This document shows positions 10,235 through 18,554 of a stretch of DNA of 63,225 nucleotides, one piece after another. A program made the position numbers and the translations under genes. Position 1 is the first letter of the stretch; the number at the start of each line of letters is the position of its first letter. Origin of the DNA: Chlamydiia bacterium (lineage in GTDB: Bacteria > Chlamydiota > Chlamydiia > Chlamydiales > RGXB01); NCBI GenBank assembly GCA_040382515.1, contig JBEIFH010000006.1, forward strand, positions 1-63,225, written 5' to 3'. Below the pieces are notes generated by a model. It searched no databases and had not been told where the DNA came from. It saw only the letters and a list, made by a program, of their open reading frames with translations.

Positions 10235-12073
10235 ATGAAAGGCTCGCTTGCTATGCGAGTGTTTATCACCTCCTGCGCCTTTCTCGTAATCCCTCTGATT
10301 TTTTATACCGCTTTTACCTATAAAAGGGAATATGACCGGGCCTTAACCCAGGTATACGATTCTTTGAATATCTCGTTAGGGGATCATGTTAAATTCCTAA
10401 CGGAAATTACTGATCTGCAGGGCCATTATCTGGATGCCCTTTACGAAATCGTTGCAAATAAACCTGTTGATAATCTGAATCTTACTCTATCCAAATTTGT
10501 GTCCGATGAGATGATTTCTACGATTATATATCTTAAAACAGATCCGACCGGGGTGATCTGTTTCGCATCTAGCCTCCCTGAGCTCGTAGGTAAGAATTTT
10601 TCGGGAGAAATCGACCTAAAAAAAATCGATACACTTAACAGAAAGTCTTTTATCGCCCGAAATCCAGACGGGAACTATGCATTGTACCTCATACGTCTAA
10701 TAAAAGACCCCAAATCTAATGCGATTACGGGGGCTATTGCCTTGTCCACTTCGATGCAGCTCCTTTTAAATGTGATCACCGGTTTTAGGACAATTCAATA
10801 TCTTGATACCTCGATCCTTTCTTCCGGAGGGGATGTACTGGCCACAACGCACAGCAACTGGATGCAAAAAACCCTTTTGGTGCAACACGCTGATGACTTT
10901 GAACTCAAAAAAGCGATACCTCGTGTTTCAAATAACGATGTGATTTCACTGAAACCGAACGATCTGGGCTATGAGGTCAATATCGGAAATGAGACCCGCT
11001 TGGTAGTTCTGAAGCCGGTCACAAACCTCCCGATAATGATCGCGTTGGATGTGCCCAAGAAAATTTTTCTCAATCAATTAAAAAGTTATTTTGCCACCGT
11101 AGGCTCACTTTTGCTGAGCATTCTCGTTTTAGGTGGCGGAGCCACCTATCTTTTGACCTTGAGGATCGCCCGTCCTATGGCGGCCCTTTGTGAAGTCATG
11201 AAAATGGGCCAAGAGGGGCATCTTGAAACGCGGTTTGATTTTGATAAATGGGGATTCGAGGTTAACTACGTCGGATACCTCTACAATTGCTTGATGGATA
11301 AAATCGAATCGATGATTCAGGAAATTCGAACGGAGAGGACCGAAAAAGAGCGTTATGCTACCCAAATGGTTTTAGCGCTAGAGATCCAAAAATCGCTCTT
11401 ACCGACCCAAATAAAGCTGCCCAACATCAAAATTGCCTCCTCCTATTTTCCTGCTATCGATGTTGCCGGGGATATTTTTGATTGTTTTGAAATTTCTGAG
11501 GGCAAAATCCTATTGATGTGCAGCGATGTCGCAGGTAAGGGGATTCAGGCTTGTCTGTATTCGTTGAGCTTCAGGGGATTTTTACGCAGCGTTTCCGTTT
11601 TTGAAAAAAAGCTCGATAGGATAGTGGACCAGGTGAATGATCTCTATTTAAAAGACACTGAGGAAAATTCCATGTTTGTAACGGCATGGATAGGCATTTT
11701 GGATACGGTTACAAGAACTATGGAATATGTCTCTTGTGGGCACCCGCCGGCGCTTTTGAGGCGTCACGACAAACCTGTACAGTTGCTTGAAGGAAACGGG
11801 ATCCCTTTTGGAATTCAAAAAATGGATCAAATTGAGGTCAGAAGCATTCAGTTGGAACCTAAGGATCTTGTTATTGCCTACACCGATGGGGTCACTGAGG
11901 CGATGAACGACACAAAACAGCTCTTTGGGATGGACCGCCTCGTGGTGGCGATCCGTAATATCGATGTCGCCTCTCCGGAGAATCTTATCCAGGATTTATA
12001 TCGAAGAATCAAAGATTTTTCTGCAAAAGAACAAAGTGATGATATTACGATTCTGGTCTTTGAAGTCGAATAG
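10235..12073 (+). CDS. rsbU: Membrane sensor PP2C (SpoIIE-type) phosphatase RsbU
   Basis: Two TM helices flanking a periplasmic domain, HAMP-like linker, PP2C motifs VAGDIFD, SDVAGKG, CGHPP, YTDGVTEA, DDIT. ORF open from 10199. Confidence 0.88.
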   Translation: MKGSLAMRVFITSCAFLVIPLIFYTAFTYKREYDRALTQVYDSLNISLGDHVKFLTEITDLQGHYLDALYEIVANKPVDNLNLTLSKFVSDEMISTIIYLKTDPTGVICFASSLPELVGKNFSGEIDLKKIDTLNRKSFIARNPDGNYALYLIRLIKDPKSNAITGAIALSTSMQLLLNVITGFRTIQYLDTSILSSGGDVLATTHSNWMQKTLLVQHADDFELKKAIPRVSNNDVISLKPNDLGYEVNIGNETRLVVLKPVTNLPIMIALDVPKKIFLNQLKSYFATVGSLLLSILVLGGGATYLLTLRIARPMAALCEVMKMGQEGHLETRFDFDKWGFEVNYVGYLYNCLMDKIESMIQEIRTERTEKERYATQMVLALEIQKSLLPTQIKLPNIKIASSYFPAIDVAGDIFDCFEISEGKILLMCSDVAGKGIQACLYSLSFRGFLRSVSVFEKKLDRIVDQVNDLYLKDTEENSMFVTAWIGILDTVTRTMEYVSCGHPPALLRRHDKPVQLLEGNGIPFGIQKMDQIEVRSIQLEPKDLVIAYTDGVTEAMNDTKQLFGMDRLVVAIRNIDVASPENLIQDLYRRIKDFSAKEQSDDITILVFEVE

Positions 12074-12080
12074 GGTCCTT

Positions 12081-13247
12081 TTAGGTCGGAAAAAGGCGAT
12101 CGAGAATCTCCTTTTTATCTTCTAGTTTATGGGTAATCGCTATCTCTTCGGCTTTTTTAAGATAAGCTCCTAGTTGCGGCCCGGGGGATATCCCTTTTTC
12201 AATGAGATCTTGAGCCGTAACCAGTGGTTTTTTCCCTTTTATTCTGTTTATTTGTTCGTTGTAGATTTGTAATTCATCTTGACAATACTGCCGTGCCTCT
12301 TTTGGAAGTAGGAGAGACGCATCTTCAAAAAAGGGAGATGCGTAAAGGTGAAGCCTCTGTTGGAGATTTTCTTTCTCTAATTTTAATAGAAGAGCATCGC
12401 TAAAAAGGAGCAAATCCAGGTCTTTTTGGGAAAATTTCAACCTTTGGATCCAACGAAAACGCTCTTCATCGCACACGTGCTCCAAAAGAGCTTTGAGTTG
12501 CAGGACAACAGGGACATTTTCAGGTTTTTCCAAAGCCTCCAAGGAGAGGGTATCCGTTTCTTTCAAAGGTGGGAATAGGGTTGCTAGGAGCCCAAGACGG
12601 TGCATAGTGGTGAGAGCTTTTTTTAGGTTCCCATCTTTATGCATTTTATCAAATTCTTGCAGAATCCTTTCAAAAGAGACGGCGGGCAATAAAGTTGGCG
12701 CATGTTCTTTTATGGCCTCCTGGGTGAGAGGATCTATACTGAACTCAAATTTGGCTGCGTAACGGATGGCCCGGATCATCCTGAGACGATCCTCTCTAAA
12801 CCTATCATGGGGATTCCCAATAGCCCGAATCACCCTCTCTTTTAGATCTTCTTTCCCTCCAACATAATCGAGAGTCTCATTCGTTAAGGGATTCAGGAAC
12901 ATCCCGTTGATCGTAAAATCCCTTCGTTTGGCATCCTCCTCAGGGGAGCTTTGCATGATGATGGTAGGTCGCCGCCCGTCTTTATATTCTAAATCTGTCC
13001 TAAATGTTGCGATCTCAAATTTGTGATTGTCTTCTACAACAATGATGATCCCGAACTGTATACCGACTTCTATCGTTTTTTTGAAAAGGGGACGGATCGC
13101 ATCTACCGGAAGGGAAGTGACAATATCTATGTCGCTAGGTTGAAGACCCATTAAAAAATCACGTACGGCCCCGCCAGCTATGTAAGCTACCCCGCCGTTT
13201 TGTTGGAGTTTTTCAATAATTTTCAGGGCTGTAGGGAAGGAGTCCAT
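12081..13247 (-). CDS. cca: tRNA nucleotidyltransferase (class II, CCA-adding type)
   Basis: GGAVRD, DIDI, RRDFTIN, EDRLRMIRAIRY; flexible loop RTDLEYKDGRRP present; lacks the poly(A) polymerase GRRF signature. Start set at MDSFP (13247). Confidence 0.85.
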   Translation of the reverse strand: MDSFPTALKIIEKLQQNGGVAYIAGGAVRDFLMGLQPSDIDIVTSLPVDAIRPLFKKTIEVGIQFGIIIVVEDNHKFEIATFRTDLEYKDGRRPTIIMQSSPEEDAKRRDFTINGMFLNPLTNETLDYVGGKEDLKERVIRAIGNPHDRFREDRLRMIRAIRYAAKFEFSIDPLTQEAIKEHAPTLLPAVSFERILQEFDKMHKDGNLKKALTTMHRLGLLATLFPPLKETDTLSLEALEKPENVPVVLQLKALLEHVCDEERFRWIQRLKFSQKDLDLLLFSDALLLKLEKENLQQRLHLYASPFFEDASLLLPKEARQYCQDELQIYNEQINRIKGKKPLVTAQDLIEKGISPGPQLGAYLKKAEEIAITHKLEDKKEILDRLFPT

Positions 13248-13271
13248 AAAAAAGAGGTTAGCATAAAATGG

Positions 13272-13422
13272 AAAAAAAAAGAGATCATATTGTGAGGGTT
13301 CGAAACAAGCCGTTTTTTCGAAGCCTCGGCAGTATGATCTCAGCTGGTGTTTCAGCACACATTAAGAGAGTAGGCTTCGTAAATTGCCTCAGGCAATCGA
13401 AACTTCCCCTCTTAGTTTTTTT
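13272..13422 (+). ncRNA. Candidate structured small RNA or attenuator (three stem-loops plus T7 tract)
   Basis: Stems 13281-13341 (GAGATCATA..TATGATCTC), 13343-13356 and 13363-13414 (TAAGAG..CTCTTA enclosing ATTGCC-TCA-GGCAAT), then T7; G-U pairs favour the + strand. Confidence 0.45.
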
Positions 13423-13773
13423 ATAAATAAGATTTCGGATTTCTTTTCAACAGATTTCTTAGAACTGTTTTTTCTCTGTTGTAAATTTCTTTGTTATTTT
13501 TGCTAAAAAAAGCGGTGCTTTTATAGTAATTCATTTCTGAAGAGCTATTTTGGATCGATATTGAAAAAAAGAAAATGAAATTCATTCGAAAACAACCAAA
13601 AGCAAAAGAAAAATAAAAAACCTCTTTGTGGGTAAAATTTTAATTGATTACATTAGGATTTGTAAAGTTCTGATTTGTGAATCCGGGTTAGATGGCTGTG
13701 AATAAAAAACTTTAAAGACTCCCTTTCAAGAATCTTTTAAAGTTGGCAGGTGAGCAAAAGTGAGAGTGTAAGA

Positions 13774-14226
13774 ATGAGTTTAAGATCTATCTTTATAGGC
13801 TGTTTTCTGATATGCGGTCTTCATTTAGAGGCTACATTTGAAATAAAAATGTCAGAGACGGAAAAGAGGGCTGCTTACCAAATCATAAAGTCGATGGGGG
13901 ATTATAATATCGTGAGCCTTTTGTTAAGGCAACGAGAATTACGCAGACTTGGTAAAATGATAGACCATATTCCTCCCACCTATTTTTTGGGATACATATT
14001 TTCGGATCCGATACTCAAAAATTCGATGCGGCGTATTCGGGACAATTATTTCAAGTGGACGACATTTATTGAGGGACTATCCCCTAAAATGGATGAGATG
14101 GCAAGATCGGGGTTGTTGTATCAACAGCTCCCCCATTTTGCCGATTATCTTAGGATAAACTATGACAATTTATATGAGAGGTGCAGGCAACATGATTGGG
14201 AAGAATTTGTTAAGCAACTTATGTAG
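13774..14226 (+). CDS. Hypothetical secreted protein, paralog 1 of 3
   Basis: Signal-peptide-like N-terminus ending LEA; shares motifs with the two downstream ORFs (SL..L..GK.I.H.xP..FL, KW..F..G.S, DWE.F). ORF open from 13750. Confidence 0.8.
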   Translation: MSLRSIFIGCFLICGLHLEATFEIKMSETEKRAAYQIIKSMGDYNIVSLLLRQRELRRLGKMIDHIPPTYFLGYIFSDPILKNSMRRIRDNYFKWTTFIEGLSPKMDEMARSGLLYQQLPHFADYLRINYDNLYERCRQHDWEEFVKQLM

Positions 14227-14671
14227 GAGTGTAATCGTTTCCTTATTTGCTATTTTTTGCGGATTTGGCTCTTTGGATGCAATGACCTCGAGGGATACGA
14301 GGGGTGTTAAAGACCTACTCAAGTTCATGGCGACTCATAGAGCTGTAACATTGGGATTAAGGATCAACGAACTCAATCTACTTGTGGAAAAAACAAAGGG
14401 GATCCATCCTGTCGAATTATCCTGTTTCATTTTAGGTGATGAAGAGACAATTCAATGGTTTAAAAAAATTAATAAAAATTTCTTCAAGCAAATGTATCTA
14501 CTTAATGAGTGGCATGAGATTTTTTTTAGTTCATTCAGAACCCTGGATTTTGAAGAAGTCGAGGAGATGATCGAAACGGCGAATCTTGATAAAGAGTGGA
14601 TAAAAGATCTTATGGATGCCAATAATTTCACTGAGTTGCTTACTGTTTTGTTTGAAAAGGGAAAATCCTAG
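14162..14671 (+). CDS. Hypothetical secreted protein, paralog 2 of 3 (start uncertain)
   Basis: Hydrophobic segment ending SLDA; GIHPVEL motif aligns with HIPPTYF and HLHPLDF of its neighbours. Confidence 0.7.
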   Translation: MTIYMRGAGNMIGKNLLSNLCRSVIVSLFAIFCGFGSLDAMTSRDTRGVKDLLKFMATHRAVTLGLRINELNLLVEKTKGIHPVELSCFILGDEETIQWFKKINKNFFKQMYLLNEWHEIFFSSFRTLDFEEVEEMIETANLDKEWIKDLMDANNFTELLTVLFEKGKS

Positions 14672-14680
14672 GGGAATGAA

Positions 14681-15184
14681 ATGTTGAGTATGATAACAGT
14701 CTTCATGTTGATCCAGCCCTATCAGGGATCGATACCCACAGAAGAGGTAAAGGCTGTCTCAGAGATCGTAACCGTGATGTCGGAATCGAATTTACTAAGC
14801 TTGGCTTCGAAACGTAAATACCTTCTTCGGGTTGGTAAAAAGATTGAACATCTCCATCCGTTGGATTTTTTAAAAGTTGCGGCTATTTCGAAACCTTTAA
14901 TCGAGCATTTGAGAAATATTCAAAAAAGCTCCGTTAAATGGAAAGCCTTTGTGTCGGGAATCTCTAAGGGATTTGAAGAAGTTTGCCGTAAAGAAAACTT
15001 CGAGAGCGAGTTAAAGGATTTTTGTCTGACCTTAAAAATTTCCAATGAGGAGCTAAGTGAAATCGGAAAGAAAAAAGACTGGGAAAACTTTTTGAGAACA
15101 GTTATCCGACAAGCTCATGTAGGGATGGATCCGATATTAGACGACAACAAAAGCTTTGCAGCCTTGCCGGTGAATCCTAAATAG
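14681..15184 (+). CDS. Hypothetical protein, paralog 3 of 3
   Basis: NLLSL..RVGKKIEHLHPLDFL..KWKAFVSGIS..DWENF aligns with paralog 1; GGGG RBS. Confidence 0.8.
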   Translation: MLSMITVFMLIQPYQGSIPTEEVKAVSEIVTVMSESNLLSLASKRKYLLRVGKKIEHLHPLDFLKVAAISKPLIEHLRNIQKSSVKWKAFVSGISKGFEEVCRKENFESELKDFCLTLKISNEELSEIGKKKDWENFLRTVIRQAHVGMDPILDDNKSFAALPVNPK

Positions 15185-15208
15185 AACAAAAGGGATAGGG
15201 TCTTTAGG

Positions 15209-16522
15209 TCAACCTAACCCTAAGTTGGGTGCACGCTCAAAAGAGACCACTACCTGCTTGGGATCATTGAAGTACTGTCTAAACGCCTGTTCAAAAAATT
15301 GCGGGGAGACAAATCTGGCACCCTTTTTTTGGTTCAGGTAAAGGGCATTCCCGTACTCCCAAAGCACCATTCCGTGGTGCCGTAATCCTAAGATTGATCG
15401 GGGAGTTTCTTGGTGGATCCATATATCACCCAATCCCGACTGGATAAGCTCCATCGTCGTGATTCCGCTCGAGCGGGTGATCGTTGCATTGGAACGGTTA
15501 AAAAGCTTAGAGACTACCTGGTCATCCTGCCTTGATATTGGGTAAAAGCGGAGCCGTTTTGGAGCCAGAGGGTGGCTGATAATTTGGGATACAAGATCGT
15601 CAACAAGCCTTTTTTCAATCCATTTCCCTGTTTGAGAGAGGATAAAAACGTGGACTATAGGCCCCTCTTTAGAGCGAACCAAATTAAAAAAACCCTCAAT
15701 ATAATCATAGAGCGCATTTTTACTTGGGTGGGAACCTAGCATGATGGTAAATACAAGATCTTGCGGCTGCACCAACACATCCCCACGACTGTCTTGAAAA
15801 ACAGGAGGATGCATATGGATTTGGGATGCCTTTATCAGACGGAGCTTCGCAGCTTCATTTTCTATCGTTAAAGGGATGTGCAAGGGCTCATCGCGCGTTG
15901 CCGGGAGAGCGAAAAATGCCCTTCTCAGTGGGGGTGCCACAATGTGGATCTGCCCCATTTCCAAACCCGTTTTACGCTTCCAAAAAATTTCGGCCATTTC
16001 ACCGTAAAGGAGGGGCTCCTGGGCATAGATCTCTATACTTGTTCTCTCAAATCGATTTAATGATTTGATCTCGGTAAAAAAATGGGCCGTATAATGGGTG
16101 GGCAAATCGGTGAGAACCTTTTCAACAATAAGTTTTTTTTTCTGGATCCAATTGTAAAGTCTCACAGCATTTGTGATCGCTTTAGTTCCAAGAACCTGGT
16201 TATCGATAACCCGTTCATAGTCGTAGTGCATCAAAAGCTTGAAACAGTGAAAAAAAATGGATGGGGTGAGAAAAATCGAAAACAGGGGATGTATAAAAGA
16301 TTGGAATTCCTGCATGAAAATCCAACCATTGATCTGAGAGGTGTTCCAAATAGAAATAAAAATTTTACCGAATAGACTCCCAAGCCAATCTTTTGAGACA
16401 TCTTGTTCCATGACCACTTTAGGATTTTCGCCCTGCTCGAGGGACTCTCTGATTGCCTTAGCAGCTATAAGATGACCACTTCCCCCCGATGAAGTGATCA
16501 AAAGAATATCGGGATGTCTCAT
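15209..16522 (-). CDS. Divergent GT-B glycosyltransferase (GT28/MGDG-synthase-like)
   Basis: N-terminal SSGGSGHLIAAKA, VLTDL, PPLR and C-terminal ITRSSGITTMEL resemble GT28 GGGH..AA and ITKxGGxTxxE motifs. Confidence 0.6.
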   Translation of the reverse strand: MRHPDILLITSSGGSGHLIAAKAIRESLEQGENPKVVMEQDVSKDWLGSLFGKIFISIWNTSQINGWIFMQEFQSFIHPLFSIFLTPSIFFHCFKLLMHYDYERVIDNQVLGTKAITNAVRLYNWIQKKKLIVEKVLTDLPTHYTAHFFTEIKSLNRFERTSIEIYAQEPLLYGEMAEIFWKRKTGLEMGQIHIVAPPLRRAFFALPATRDEPLHIPLTIENEAAKLRLIKASQIHMHPPVFQDSRGDVLVQPQDLVFTIMLGSHPSKNALYDYIEGFFNLVRSKEGPIVHVFILSQTGKWIEKRLVDDLVSQIISHPLAPKRLRFYPISRQDDQVVSKLFNRSNATITRSSGITTMELIQSGLGDIWIHQETPRSILGLRHHGMVLWEYGNALYLNQKKGARFVSPQFFEQAFRQYFNDPKQVVVSFERAPNLGLG

Positions 16523-16554
16523 TCTTTTTTTTTAGCAAAATGAATCATTTTATC

Positions 16555-17946
16555 TCAATCTTTGAGTGATAATAAGAATTCAAAATTATTATTTGTCTTT
16601 TTCAAACGAGCCATAAACAAATTCATAGCATCCATATTCGTGAGGTCTGCAACTGCGAGGCGGAATTTGCAGATACGGCTATATTCGTCCGGATGGTAAA
16701 GATCTTGTTCTTTACGGGTCCCGCTTTTTACGACATTGATAGCAGGGAAGAGGCGACGGTCGGCAAGGTGTCGGTCAAGGACAAGTTCCATATTTCCTGT
16801 CCCTTTAAATTCCTCGAAAACAACCTCATCCATACGCGAACCTGTATCAACCAGGGCTGTAGCTATGATTGTTAAAGAACCGCCGTGTTCAATATTTCTG
16901 GCTGCTCCAAAAAATCTTTTTGGTTTATGCAGAGCATTTGCATCCACACCGCCGCTCAAGATTTTACCGGAGTGGGGCTGAGTTGCGTTATAAGCACGAG
17001 CTAGGCGGGTAAGGCTATCGAGCAAGATCACAACGTCATGCCCATACTCCACAAGCCGTTTTGCCCTTTCGATAACCATTTCTGCCACTTGCGTGTGTCT
17101 TTCAGGGGGCTCGTCAAACGTAGAGGAGATCACCTCGCCGCGCACGTTGCGTTGCATGTCGGTCACCTCTTCCGGACGCTCGTCGATCAGTAGAACCATC
17201 AAAATTGCTTCCGGGTTGTTCACCGTTATGGCATTTGCGATGTTTTGCAACAAGACGGTTTTTCCCGATTTGGGAGGGGCTACAATCAAGCCTCTTTGCC
17301 CTTTTCCTATGGGAGCTACTAAATCGACAATCCTTGAGGACATTTGATCTGCGGTGGTCTCCATGAGGAAACGCTCTTGCGGATGCAAGGGGGTGAGCAT
17401 GTCAAAAGAGATACGGTCTTTCAGGTGATCAGGAGAGAGATCGTTTACCCTGTCGACTTTCTGTAATGCAAAAAACTTCTCTTTTTCTTTGGGGGCCCGA
17501 ATCGTCCCTTGGATATGATCCCCTTTTTTCAGATCGAAACGGCGGATTTGCGCAGGAGAAACATAAATATCTTCCGCAGAGGAGACGTAGTTGTAGTTAG
17601 GTGAGCGTAAAAATCCGAACCCGTCTGGCAAAACTTCAAGAACACCCTCGGCAACAAGCAAATCATGAGTGTGTTCCGATTTCCACTTTACAATTTCAAA
17701 AACAATTTGGGATTTAGTTAGATTAGATAGATTCCTTAGATTGAGATTTCTAGCATATTGAGCCAGCGCCTCGCTGCCCAATCTTTGCAGGTCGGCGATT
17801 TTGATCACGGCCGGCGGTTCCAGGGGGGGCGCTTTTTCTTGGGGTACATGAGAGATTTCAGGACCGACGTCAGGTCCGATCATTTCGGGAGGGGGTAGAA
17901 TGGTTTTGTCCTTTTTTTCCTTAAGTCCGGTGTGTTCATCGTTCAT
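16555..17946 (-). CDS. rho: Transcription termination factor Rho
   Basis: [57 protein letters not shown]. Confidence 0.98.
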   Translation of the reverse strand: MNDEHTGLKEKKDKTILPPPEMIGPDVGPEISHVPQEKAPPLEPPAVIKIADLQRLGSEALAQYARNLNLRNLSNLTKSQIVFEIVKWKSEHTHDLLVAEGVLEVLPDGFGFLRSPNYNYVSSAEDIYVSPAQIRRFDLKKGDHIQGTIRAPKEKEKFFALQKVDRVNDLSPDHLKDRISFDMLTPLHPQERFLMETTADQMSSRIVDLVAPIGKGQRGLIVAPPKSGKTVLLQNIANAITVNNPEAILMVLLIDERPEEVTDMQRNVRGEVISSTFDEPPERHTQVAEMVIERAKRLVEYGHDVVILLDSLTRLARAYNATQPHSGKILSGGVDANALHKPKRFFGAARNIEHGGSLTIIATALVDTGSRMDEVVFEEFKGTGNMELVLDRHLADRRLFPAINVVKSGTRKEQDLYHPDEYSRICKFRLAVADLTNMDAMNLFMARLKKTNNNFEFLLSLKD

Positions 17947-18554
17947 GTTGTTACTTTATTTATAAATTGTTGTTTAAGTTCATTGAAAGAAAGATTGTTT
18001 TCCAAAATGATATCGGCATGAGATTCCAGGGTTTTTGACGGGAGCTGATGCTCAGTGCGAATGTTAAATTCCTCCTCTGAAAACCCTTTGTTCTTAGCAC
18101 GCTCTAACCGAATTTCTTTAGGAGCGGTCACTAAAATCCTGGAATCGAAAAAACTCTCCCAATCTCCTTGGATTTTAGGATATATGGAAGCTTCAACCAC
18201 AAATGCTTTTGCACCTAAATCCCTATTTTTAAGGAAAAGTCTTTCTACCTCTTTGAAAATGCGGGGATGCAAAATAGTTTCAAGAGCTAAAAGGTTTTTT
18301 TTGGAGGCAAAAGCTGCTGAACTAAGTTTTTTTCTAGAAATCTTCCCTTTTTCTAAGATAAAAGAGCCGAAATATTCTGTCAAAATAGGTAATACCTCTG
18401 GATCGTGTTCAAGGATTTGATGGGTGATGTGGTCGCAATCGATGGTAAAAGCTCCCCACTCTTTAAATAACTTTAAAACAGAGCTTTTCCCCGACCCTAT
18501 AGGCCCATATACGAGTATACGTTTAATTTTAACACTCCCCCCAGTTTTTAGCAA
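17943..18554 (-). CDS. coaE: Dephospho-CoA kinase
   Basis: P-loop GPIGSGKS, IDCD, LETILHP; lies between polA and rho. Start uncertain. Confidence 0.9.
   Translation of the reverse strand: MLKTGGSVKIKRILVYGPIGSGKSSVLKLFKEWGAFTIDCDHITHQILEHDPEVLPILTEYFGSFILEKGKISRKKLSSAAFASKKNLLALETILHPRIFKEVERLFLKNRDLGAKAFVVEASIYPKIQGDWESFFDSRILVTAPKEIRLERAKNKGFSEEEFNIRTEHQLPSKTLESHADIILENNLSFNELKQQFINKVTT

Noticed and set aside
13248..13358. 37-aa N-terminal extension of cca in the ORF track
   Set aside because: Phe-rich translation of a hairpin and homopolymer; family similarity starts at MDSFP.
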